In this document: positions 11,701 through 22,662 of the stretch, piece by piece
How positions within the stretch are numbered: the stretch's first letter is position 1
Layout: each line of letters starts with the position of its first letter
NCBI GenBank assembly: GCA_000708835.1
Contig: DF237007.1
Location: forward strand, 186,001 to 250,000
Length of the DNA: 64,000 nucleotides
Direction of reading: 5' to 3'
Origin: Klebsormidium nitens
Lineage: Eukaryota; Plantae; Klebsormidiophyceae
The notes under the pieces: model-generated
Databases searched by the model: none
The model's input: the letters and a program-made list of their open reading frames with translations, nothing else
Told to the model about the DNA's origin: nothing
Made by a program: the position numbers and the translations under genes

Positions 11701-14700
11701 ACAGGTAATGTAGGTAAAGCCGATAAGAAGAAGGCGCAGCTCGCCAAAGCGTACAAACAATATCACCTGACATTCGACAATCTGCACCCCCCCATCCCCA
11801 CCTAAGACACTACAACCCAAAACCCTTAACCTTTTACCCCCCTGATTCACAATTCCGGAGCTCACCATCTTGTGGCAGTCCAGGTTGCACATGGAGCACA
11901 CCCCCCGCTCTAGTTCGAACAGCCGCCGCCGATTGTGGGCGCTGCTCGTTCGCGTCGAGTACTGATCCGCGCAGGTCGGCGAACAAAAGAGGTCGGCCAT
12001 CTTCTTGGGAAACTTGGCGAAGCGGCCCCTGCGTCCAGAAGTTTATTGATGTCTTCAGATTTGTTAGGAAAGGTGATCTTGCAAGTCCCGACAAGGAGGA
12101 AGGCGAAGGGTCAATCATCAAGAAGAATGTGGAGTTCTAACAGAAATAGACTGCGCTGACCTGACATAGCAACCGCAGCCGGACCTTGAAGAGCTTACTT
12201 GAGTTCGGGACACGAGACGTAAGATAAGAGTGTCGGCCTCATGCACAGACATAGAGGCTTCAGCTTACCGTAATGGCCTTTGCCCTAACCGCAGAAATGG
12301 ATATGATGTTCGACCCGTGACTTTTAAGGACCTTCAGCGTAGCTCTGAGCGACGTATCGTCCTTGCAGCCTTGATAGTTCTCTTCTTACATAGAGTGTTT
12401 CAAGAAGCAGGCACGAATAGTTTCATCTGAGAGACCAACTCCAATCGACCCCGTGAAACTCCAGCCTGGCCGTCCATGTTTCCCAACAGCTGGCAGTACT
12501 TTGGGAAGATGAACTGAATCGACTGGAAGCAGATAATCAAGCACTTCTACCAGACCGCACATTCGCTCCTTCTACAATATGCAATTCCGAATCAAACAAG
12601 CTGTCCTTCACTCACCTGCAGATTTTCTGGCACATCTTGCACAGCGGGTTGCCATCCTCGTCCAACCCCTGATTGCTCTTCTGCGGCTCCCCGAAGATCG
12701 ACCGCCACTCGACGCCCCGCATGCTCGCGCCCGCCGGCAGCGGCTCCCCCACCTCGTCACGCGCCGCCACGCGCTTCTTGCTGCCGCCCGCCCGCAGGCC
12801 CTGCGGGTGACGTGATGCTGATGTCAGCGACGATCTTCGGAAGCTCATATGAAACATGTCAAATCTTTCAGGAGTGTAATAAGTATGGGGCGACTCCCCG
12901 CCTCGTCCCCGCGCCGCCACGCGCTAATTGCTACCGCCGGCCTTCAACCCCTGTGGGTGACGTCATGCTGATGTCAGCGACAATCTTCGAGATGCCGACA
13001 AATCATCCGGCTTTCGGGTTGAGATTCCTACAACAGAGGAGAGCCAAGGGCGGCTGTCCCGCGCCGCCATGCGCTTCTTGCTCCCGCCCGCCCTTAGCCC
13101 CTGCGGGTGACATCATGCTGACGTCAGCGACATCGAAGCTTTCATCAGATACTGGAACTTTTGGGCGTCAGCTTTTAGAACTGGAGGACGCCGAGAAGCA
13201 GTTCCTCAGCCTCGTCCAGCACCGCCACTTGCTTCTTGCTTCCGCACGCCCTGAGCAATGACGTCACGCTGACATCAGCAACAATTTGAGAGAATACATC
13301 AAAGTCCGGGTCGTTCGGCTGGAGTTGATGGGTATGTACATCAACAAATTCCCCGCCACCACGCTCTCTTGCTCCACCCCCCCTCAGGCCCTGCATGATG
13401 ACGTCACGCTCAGGCCAGCAACAATATTCATTCGGTCAAGAATCTGGGGGTGGGTTTCCGACTTCAGGTCAAATAGATATACAGCCACAGCATCAGAGCG
13501 CGGTGTCTGGCCTCGTCCCAGATCCGAACAAACCCAGAAGCCCTACACGTCGAAAACCCAAAATTAACAGAACCCACAAAAATTGAACACCCATGTACCC
13601 AGAGAAGAACGTTACACATACACCGTGAATCAGAACAAAAACCAGGTCTCACCCCCGTCGCGCCTCCCCTGACTTTCTCAAGCTCCAGCTCGAGCGGTGC
13701 TTTGAGCGGCATCCCCTGGAGCTTCGACCGAAAAATCGGACGCAGCTTGGTCCACTCGTCCAGAAATTGACGGGCGGCGCGCAGGTGGGCGCCGCACGTC
13801 AGCAGGAGTTTCGGGAGGGGCCCCTGGTAAGACCTGCAAAAGATAACCGAAACTGAGTGACATAGAAAACCGTTTAGCTCCGGGCGTGTGAAAGGCTTGC
13901 GGGCAGCCTTTTACTGGATGCAAGTTGCAACAAGGAGAATTGTCTGGAATCATTTTCGTCTCCAGAGGTGAATTTGCAAGCTTCAAAGATCACCAGAAAG
14001 ATAGGCTTAGGGACCAAGGGGATTGGGGGTAAGAGAACGTCACTGAAAGAGAAGCCTACTGAGCCGACGTTCGACACTGATCGTGTGTAGGATCGGATGC
14101 TGAACTCCTAACCTGTACCCAATATCTCTTGACTTCACACTGGTTTTCAATAAAAATCGACTTTTGAGGATAACCTATTGGCCCACCGCCTTACCGGACA
14201 TCCTCTTCCGTCTTCAGCTTGGCCAACTCCTCCCTCGGAAAGTTGAGCCCCAGCAACTCCGCGCCCCCCCCTCCAGACGCCCCGCTTTTTACCCCCCGGT
14301 ACAGATGCACTCGCCCCGTGTTCGGACTGATCTCAAACAGCAGCTTTCCCACCGGCACTCCCCCATCGTCCTCCCCCCCTTTTTCCCCAGCCTTTGCGTC
14401 CCCCCCGGCGCGAGTGAAAACGTCGAAGACGGGCCCCTGCGAAGACGGAAACAGGCTCTTCCGGGCGCGCTTCCCGCCCCGTCTTTCATCCGGGGGGGTG
14501 CCGTCGATGGGGAAGCTTCGCCTGCGGACGCCCGGGGGGGTGAGGATGCGTACCTTGTCCGACGAGTTTTCAGTAACCTTTGCTTCGGCTGCGTTTCGCG
14601 CCTTCGTTTCACCGTCACCCGATGGAGCAGCGAAAGGAAAGTCTTGGTCATCCATTGCGACCCCATTTTCTTCCTCCCCCTTCGAAGAACCCGCCTCCGC

Positions 14701-17700
14701 CTCTTCATGCGGCTTCGCACTCGTTTCTTCGCTCGCGCTCACAAACTTTCCGTTCCCGGGGGGGTCAATTTCCGCCTCCATTCCACCCCCCGGCTCGTCC
14801 ACTTTTTCGGTTCCATCACCCGCCCCTTCCTCGCGGTCCTTTTCTTCCCCGTTCTCCTCCTTCTCCGCTCCGGGGGGTCCCGTTCTGCAGCCAAACCCAA
14901 CCCCCCCTTCCCACTGCGTCGCGCCCCAGTCGTCGGTTTCTGCGTTTTCTGTCCGAATGTTCTGTCCGGACGCCTTGTCCTCAACCGCGTCCACGTGGAT
15001 TCCCCTAACCGCGTTTTCGGACCCGTTAACCACGGTCGTAACCCGCTCCAACGACTCGCTTAACCGCATCCAGCTGGTTTCATCGTCCGTGTCCTTGGCG
15101 CAGAACAGGTACACGTTGACGGCACTAGACTGGCCCCGCCGATGAGCGCGATCCTCGGCCTGCGTGAACGAGAAGTGGAACGAGGAATAAGGCCCAGCAA
15201 CGGGACTATTCGTCCAACATCAACAAGAGTGGTCTGCACAATGAGGGAATGTCTCCGATCCAGACCGACCGCGCCGGCGGGCGATCATTAGCCTGTCATT
15301 TACGCCGGGAGATTTTCGGGATCCTTATTGACCTAATGGTGCACCCAATCTGCCCGTTCCACTCGATCGGACAACATGCTAAACCTTTACTAATGAGCGA
15401 CCGGGAGGTGTGTTCGTTTTCGTAATAGTTAACCTGTCTCGTCAGCGAATTCTGACCGCAGTCAATACGGTAGCCTAGAACTCAGGCACTTTCTTGATCT
15501 CTTCCCAATCCAAAGATGCGCTTCTTTCTGTAGTCTGTAAGCTTCAGCTCTCTTTGAATCAGACTCCCATCAATCCCTTAAAAACGCAACACCCACCCCG
15601 CGCTTACCTGCATGAGGTCAGCCGATGACGAGGGCAACTCCGCAAAGACGACTGTCTGTGCAGCGCTGAAGTCCAATCCGACGCCNNNNNNNNNNNNNNN
15701 NNNNNCGCATGAGGTCGAGCCGATGACGAGGGCGAACTACCGCCAAGACGACTGTCTGTGCAGCGCTGAAGTCCAATCCGACGCCGCCAGCTGTCACGCC
15801 CACAATGGCTACTCGAATCTCGTCCCGGTGCTTGAAGTCCTGGACCGCGGCTTGCCGGTCGTGGCCGAGCGTGCTGCCATCAATCCTGACGTAAGCAACG
15901 CCGCAGTCGTGCACGTATCGCTGCAAAAAGAGAGAAAAGTTGGCACCGCTTCTTCAAGATGAAGAAGACTCATCAACAGAACTCTCTAGAGGGGGCATAA
16001 CGAAAACATCCATCTTCCGTTCCTGCATCGCACCTTTAACCAACGTCTGAGGTCGTGTGAATGTTGATTCAACTCTCGAGAGTTGATGGGCTCCTTGCTT
16101 GCGGCATCCATTCACTTCAATGTAACAATGTCCAGAGAGGCTCATGATTCCCATATTATATTTGTTGAACATGAGCTCAGCGAACCTCACGTTTGTAAGA
16201 GCTTGAAAGTGCGAGAGTCACCAGTGGGGTTCGGCAAAGTACAACCACAGTGGTTGAAGATGTTTCAGAAAGGCAGTCACGGTCAAATGCGAGTGCCTTA
16301 GAACTCGTACCTGGATTCGGTCGAGCACCTCGATATGGTGAGCGAAGATGATCATTTTGGGTACGTCTTCTGCCCCTTCCTCTTTCTGGGGGGTAAGGCC
16401 CACGTTGTTCGCCAGCCACTCCCTTACCCCCCGGAGCTTCGCCAGCCCAATCTGTTGATACGTCAGGCCCCCGTCTTCCTTTCCGCTGACGTCTGCATAG
16501 GCAAAAGCGGAAAGTGAGCGGTAAGCAAGTGGTGCATGGTATGGAGCCGCCACATGATTGGTGCCGGAATCGTATCTCTGCCCCCGTTAATTTCTCAGCG
16601 GGCGGGATGATTACTTTAGTGACCATGCAGAGTCCTGTCTCGCAAAGGTAGACATGAAAAGCCCAAGCTGCCCCCGAAATGTTTCAGATCGGACTCTTGA
16701 ACACTCCCACCGCTTATGTCATCCCTTTCACCGCCTCTCCGTTTCTCCTGTCCCCGCTTTCCTCCCATAGCACCAGAATGAAGCATAATGATCCTTTTGC
16801 AAAATCACCGTAGGTCAAACCCCCCTGCTTGCTTTCTTCCGCAAGCATCACAGACTGCTTCCTAAGCAACCTCCCAACAAAAGCAGACCACGTCACCCCC
16901 TCAAAAAGCATAAGAGAAAAAGTCACTCACCCCCCCTCCACCAGCCTTCTCAGCGCCTCTTCTTCCACCTCCCCGTCCTCGCTTTCTTCCGTCAGCACCT
17001 TAGAGAGCTTCGTAGCAACTCCTCTCCTAAAAGAGGTTTCCAAACGTGCCCCCCAGAAACCAAGAACGGAAGTCAGACTTACCCCCCCCCTCCACCAGCC
17101 TTCTCAGCGCCTCTTCTTCCTCCCCCCCCTCCTCGCTCTCTTCCTCCAGCATCCGAGCTTCCATCCTCGCAAACTTGCGCCCCCGCACCTTCCCCATCGC
17201 CGCCAGCTCAGCCGCCAACTGAGCGGTCCGTTCTTTGGCGTCCTTGATGTCTCCCGCCTCTAGTTTCAGCCGGATGACCTGGCGCCGCTTCGGGGGGAGC
17301 TGATCCAGGACGTCCGACTTGAGCCGCCGGACCTGGGGGGAGCGTCCAAAGATGGGTTTCACAACTCAGACAACTCCACTTTCTCATGGTTACACAGTTT
17401 CATCCTAATTGGGCTTGAAAGGGTACTCGACCGCTCCCCAATACAACGACGTCCCTCCCAGAAAGCGCAGGCGAGAAAATCGACATGACACACCCTAGGA
17501 CACTGACCTCATAGTTCGCAATATCGCACTTCCTCATGCGTTCTTGTTCAGGCCAACTTTTGAGAATTTGAACTGCTGGTAAGGTAAAAGCGCGGACTCT
17601 CCTAACCATGACAGTCTCCGCCAGCAGCACGTGGAGTCCATGGAGCCTGACTCTTTGGAGTAGTCCCTTCACTCCGTACATTAGTTTGATCGTATACAAA

Positions 17701-20700
17701 CGATATGAGCACGTAAAAAAACGCTCTTCTCTTCCGAAAGAAGTCTCCCCAATTCCCTTACCATGACAGTTTCCGCCAGCAGCACGTGCAGTTCATGCAG
17801 CCTGGCCCCCTTGGAGTAGTCTTTCACGATATTGCCGCACCCGCGCCGCAGCGTGCGCACGTCACAGTACGCCTTGGCGAACACGTACTTGGTGCGGCCG
17901 AGCAGACCGGTCCACAGACCATCGGCCTGGTGGAAAATGTCGAACGGCCTGCAAAATGTAAACTTCAAAACATAAAAATCGGTCTAAGAGTCTGACAAGG
18001 AGTGGCTAAGCAACACGGCGCCCGCAGTACGTTTCTGGCAAACGCAAAGTTGTTAAAGCCGAGCAGACCGGTCCACTAACCATCCGCCTGGTGGAAAATG
18101 TCGAACGGCCTGCAAGAAACAAGTGGTTAAAACTTGGTTAGGACTCTCGAGGCTTCTGCAAATCCAAGGGTTAATGGAAGAAACTTCGATCGTGAAAGGC
18201 AGATGGGGCAAGGCCGATCGGAGCCATCTACCTGACGTCGAAAGGCCTGAAAAAGACTTTCAAGTTATCTGGGTTAGTGACTTGGTGTTGGGGCTAATGA
18301 AAGACGTTTTGGTCAAGCCGAATGAGCTCAACCGAGTCGTTGCATCGGTACGCGGGCCGTCCACTGCTTGAAGATCATTTCTGTGAAGGGCCAGCAAGAG
18401 AGGCCGAGTTCAAAATTGGAGGGTCAGGGACTCGGTTCAGAAAGTTGGAGAGCGTCTATCCCTAGAGCAAGAAGCGAACGGTTCATATGCCGTCAACCTG
18501 GTGGAAGATGTCGAACGGCCTGCGAGGCTGACACGAGAATCTTAACCCGGGGCGCCATAACCATTCGTTTGCTGGTTAAGTTCTTTCGCCTTTTCTACCT
18601 GGCTGACGAGCCCCAACGGCCTTTGAATAAAGATCGAACGACGGAATAGGACGACTCTCTGGAGGCATCAGGACTTTGAAACAGTATGCCCAAACAATAT
18701 GCCTGCTCCGAGATCCATACGCTGCAGGTTCTTTAGGTTGGATTGACAGAGATGGCTCTGTTGACATACGACCCCAGCAAGATGTTAGCCGAGTATCGGA
18801 GATGGGCATCGTGACGTAGCGAGCTTATGCTACGGTATCGGAGGACTCACAGGAACAAGAACGAAGACTGAGTGTCAAGAGGCGGAAGAACGGACAAAGC
18901 GAGTTTTTATCACAAGGTGCTGTATCCGACGAACCTGTTAAGCGACGGCGTTCCGGATAGCAGGACTGCTCGCTTCGTCTTCTGCAGAAACTCTTTGACG
19001 GTCTCCTTTTCCTCCGTCTCTTTGGGATTCTTGGTCGTCCGCAGGTTGTGACTCTCGTCCACTATAAGCACGCCCCACTTATGGGCCGCAAACGTCCGCT
19101 TCAGGCGCCGCAGCATCGTATACGAGATGACCACAACCTGGGGTTGGGAAGCAGAAACGTCAAGGAAAGAAAGGGTACGTGCCGTGAAGAGTCGAGCGAT
19201 CCTTGAGACGAAAGACCGATTCACTGTGTGCCAAGAAATTGGCCTAGAAGACGCAAGACTACATGAACACATCTTTCGAAGGCAAGTGCGGATGAATTCA
19301 GAGCGGAACGATGTGACAGAAGGTGGATGAGCCGGTCGAATGAGAGAGCAGGCAGCGTTTTTCGACTAAATATGAAGCCCGGCGTGTGCAAGCGGCTCCC
19401 CAGTGGCCTCAGAAATTGCACAAGAAGAATCTAACGGTGTCTGGTCAATCTCACAGGCACGTATCTTGACCTTGAAGGTCGTTCCAGTCTGCCCAGACCG
19501 ACGTGATCAGATTAGGTGACAACATACTCTTCTATCCAGCCGAAAAGCTGCTTCATGTCATGCCTTACCAACCTTATCAAGGAGCATTCTAACACTGAAC
19601 GAGAAAAATGATTTGATCCTGGTCTCGAGCGATCAATCTAACAACTTACGCACGAACTAATGGGCGCTGGAACTAAGATGGGCGCCCGCAAGTCGGGTGC
19701 GGTTGGTCCGGTGGTTATGGTGAGTTCGGGTGCGGAGCGCATCATTCTTTGGTCTAGGAATTTTACAAAAGTACTCGGCTAATTTGGGTCGTATTTCAAG
19801 CGACCACTTCAAGTTTGCCAAGATTGAGCGATAAGCCTCACCTTTGGGCACGGCACCCCTTCTTGCAGATCGTTCTGGAAGGAAAACACGAGGTGCACGT
19901 CTCTTGGGCCCAGGAAAGGAAGCCACCTCTCTAGTTCTTCCGCCCAAGGGAGCCGCATGCTGGCAGGAACGACAACGAGGAGGGGCCACTCGGCGCGGTA
20001 ACAGCTGGCGATAGCAATTCCCTGGAGGAGTGAAAGCGACAATCGGGTTGGTGACTCGAGAAAAAGTTGGAAGGTCTAATTCTGAGTGCTTGGGGCACCC
20101 GCTGCAGAGCGTTCCTATCTGCGGCCTCAGCAGATTTAAAAGTCAAAGCAATCTGGAATGGCCGAAACAATAGATGCAGATAAATGGGCTTCCGGACCTT
20201 GGACCGGGCTCGATTGCACAAGCCATTAGTTCTGAATCAAAAGTTGTCCTTGAAAGCCTTTGTGCCTGATCTGGTCGGACCTCAAAACGTTGAAGGATTT
20301 CACAATCAATCACGTGCATACGCCAATCTGGTCACGCGCAATATAAAGCAAGCGCGCTGAAACTACGGCAGTCTTTCTTGTTCTGACGCATAGATTATCC
20401 GCATCGATCTTGGAGCCCCTCTGATAGAAGCACCAGAGGACCACTCAGATCCGCAAAAGCTGCAACTGAAAAATAATGTTCAGCAGATCATCTTTGCACA
20501 ATCCAGCGGTTACCAACAGCTGCAGTGAGGTCCATATTCTCTCCCACCTGTATTGTCTTTCCCACCCCCATTTCGTCGGCTATCAGGCAGCGCCCCCCCC
20601 TGCGCAGGCCGTACCGCACCCCCTCCCACTGGAACGGCAGCAGCGTCTTTCGCAGCCCGGCCGGAAGGCCCTGTTCCATTAGCGCGTCCACTTCCTCGTC

Positions 20701-22662
20701 CCCAATGTGCCAACTTTTGAGCGGCCGCCACGAGCTGTCACAGGGCCTCTTGATGGGAGGGACTGGAGACTGGGCTCCGGAGGGATCCCCCGGCACCAAA
20801 TCCCCTTTCGTAATCTCTTCTTTGGCACTGTTCGACCCGCTTCCAGCGCTTTCGGCAGGGCCCCATCTGACGCGCAGTGCCCGCAGTGTAGACTCTGGAA
20901 TGCCTGCGACATTTGCTTCCGGGACCTTTGACAGGGCCCTCAGAACGGCGTCGTAAGTGACTATGGGGAAAACGAGAAAACCCTCGCTGTCCAGAGTCTC
21001 GTCAGATACCCACTTCTGTGGAAGCACCCCTGGGCACGCTCGCTCGAGCACGGACCTAGTTCTCTGCTCCGGATTCTCAAACGAATCTGGTGCGAATACA
21101 CTCCCGATGGGGGGTTCGCAGAAAGCATACTGGACTGAGACCCTCAAAAGGTCGACCGTTTGGAGTTCGAGGGAAACCTCTAGAGGTCTTGGAATGACCT
21201 CAGGGCCCTGAGGCATGACGGGAATGTTAAGAGGTTCTGGGATTTGCTGGAAGGACTGTGGAAATTGGGGATTTGGATCAGGCTGGTGTGAAGAGGCGGC
21301 GTTGCAGAATGCCGGTAACACTCTCTGGTGAGGATGCGCCATAGGCTGCACATAAGCCGATCTAACCCCCCTCGCAGCTGAGTTTATGAAGACCCCCTCA
21401 GAGGGTATGTTGGCACTGGCGGGCGCAGTCAGACCAGAGAGACTATTTCCTCGGAGGGGCCTATTCACATCAGAAGAATTCGCTGCAGTCTGCCTCTCGC
21501 CCCCAGAGTTCCCCCCCTGACCCTCATCAACATCGTCCCAGAAGTCTTCTGGCACCTCATACTCGGGACTGTTGCTCGGCTTCTCGCTGCCAACCTCCGG
21601 CTTAAGTCCGTTGCGCAGCTCAGTCTTGCTCGCGTCCACATCTTCTATGTTCACCTCTGCCCCTCCAGATTCCGCCGCCTCTGCTGAACCCCCGTTCCGG
21701 CGACACGCCTGTAGCGAGGGCAAGTCACAGCGCGCATCTGAGCACTTTGGCGGGGGGCGGGCAGCAGGCGAGCTGGCGACACCTGGCAATCCCTCATTTG
21801 CTGGTGGCATGTGAGAAGGACCGGGCGCAACGCTCTCCTTCCCGGGCTGACAGCTGGCGCACTCCGGTGTATCGCCTGTTCCTCCATAGCCCCCAGACGG
21901 GCCTGAGGGAGGGGCGGCATTGGCAGGGGAAGGCAGGGCCGTCAACCATTGGAGATGCAGTTGAGGGAAGGGGACCTCCGAAAGAGGGGGCTGGAAGTGT
22001 GGGGGTATACTGAGACGGGGGGTCACCTGACAAGGGGCTGTCTGCTGAAATGTGGGGATAGATATCCCTGGGGACGTGTGTGCTGCCTGGTACCACGCGG
22101 CCGCATTCCGCCTCCGCAGCGCCGCCATCCGATTGGCATCAATCCGGCTGCGCTGTTCCTCAGAGAGTGCGACGCCATCACTGTTTACAGGAGGGATGGG
22201 AGGGGCCACATCTGAGTACGGCCGCTGCTCTCTAAAATTGTGCCCCCTATTCTGAGGAGTGTGCTTGTCAACCACAGAGTGGGGGGGTGGGAGGTCGGCA
22301 CCAGGAGGCCGAGTGCTTGCTCCAAAACTTGAGACAATAGGCGCCACATTCAAAGGACTTGAACCTGTTTGTTGGACGGCTGGCGAAGCTTGATTCGACG
22401 GGCCCAGCTCTGCTTCCCCCGCCACAGGCTCACTCGCTCCCCCCCTTCCACCATGTACACCGGCAGCAACTTGCGGTGGGGGGGTGACACCAACTTGACG
22501 CCGCTCCGCTTTCACAAGGATTGCCTGGAGCGACGCCTTCTCCCCCGACAATTTCCGGCGACCAGTGCTTGGAGAAGCGATTGGCACGGGGAGCGGAGCG
22601 TCCCAGTCCTCAATCTGGTCTGGCAGGCCATCCCACCAGGCGTCTTCCTCAGCGGCTGCCAT
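8748..22662 (-). CDS. ZRANB3: ZRANB3-like SNF2/SMARCAL1-family annealing helicase with C-terminal HNH endonuclease; apparently intact, ~2,100+ aa, 14 exons
   Basis: Exons 22662-20548, 20021-19842, 19137-18935, 17948-17762, 17332-17083, 16492-16311, 15920-15608 (crosses a 20-N gap), 15159-14195, 13833-13653, 12800-12616, 12028-11866, 11398-11233, 10650-10457, 10010-8748. All GT-AG and phase-compatible by hand check. Motifs: LIADEMGVGKT (Walker A), IVDESH (Walker B), LLSGTP (III), RIDGST, GLDFSAA, QAEDRAHRRGQ (VI), Cys clusters (CKMC, CSPTC, CSMCNLDC), HNH AWHADHIVAVYEGGGECDLKNLRTLCVPCH. Confidence 0.93.
12740..13420 (-). repeat. Five degenerate ~150-bp tandem units, each a copy of the 3' splice site plus start of ZRANB3 exon 10
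   Basis: The motif core GCTGA(T/C)(G/A)TCAGC, or its remnant, occurs at 12817, 12967, 13117, 13268 and 13408 (periods 150, 150, 151, 140). It sits next to copies of the exon start (+ strand CGCGCCGCCACGCGCTTCTTGCT...GCAGGCCCTGCGGGTGACG). Confidence 0.88.
15686..15705. other. 20-N scaffold gap flanked by an artefactually duplicated contig overlap
   Basis: 15610-15685 is repeated at 15706-15786 with single-base insertions typical of a low-quality read end. Confidence 0.9.
17762..18560 (-). repeat. Degenerate tandem copies of the acceptor plus start of ZRANB3 exon 4
   Basis: + strand CCTGGTGGAA(A/G)ATGTCGAACGGCCTGC, anchored on TCGAA, at 17940 (true exon), 18101, ~18238 (partial) and 18511. 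Confidence 0.85.

Noticed and set aside
14164-15145. Plus-strand ORFs of 299 and 308 aa (and their equivalents at 58251-58875)
   Set aside because: Antisense shadows of GC-rich ZRANB3 exon 8.
15608-15790. Apparent tandem duplication and frameshift inside ZRANB3 exon 7
   Set aside because: The two copies flank a 20-N gap, and one has single-base insertions typical of a poor read end. The right-arm paralog shows a single clean copy, so this is an assembly overlap artefact.
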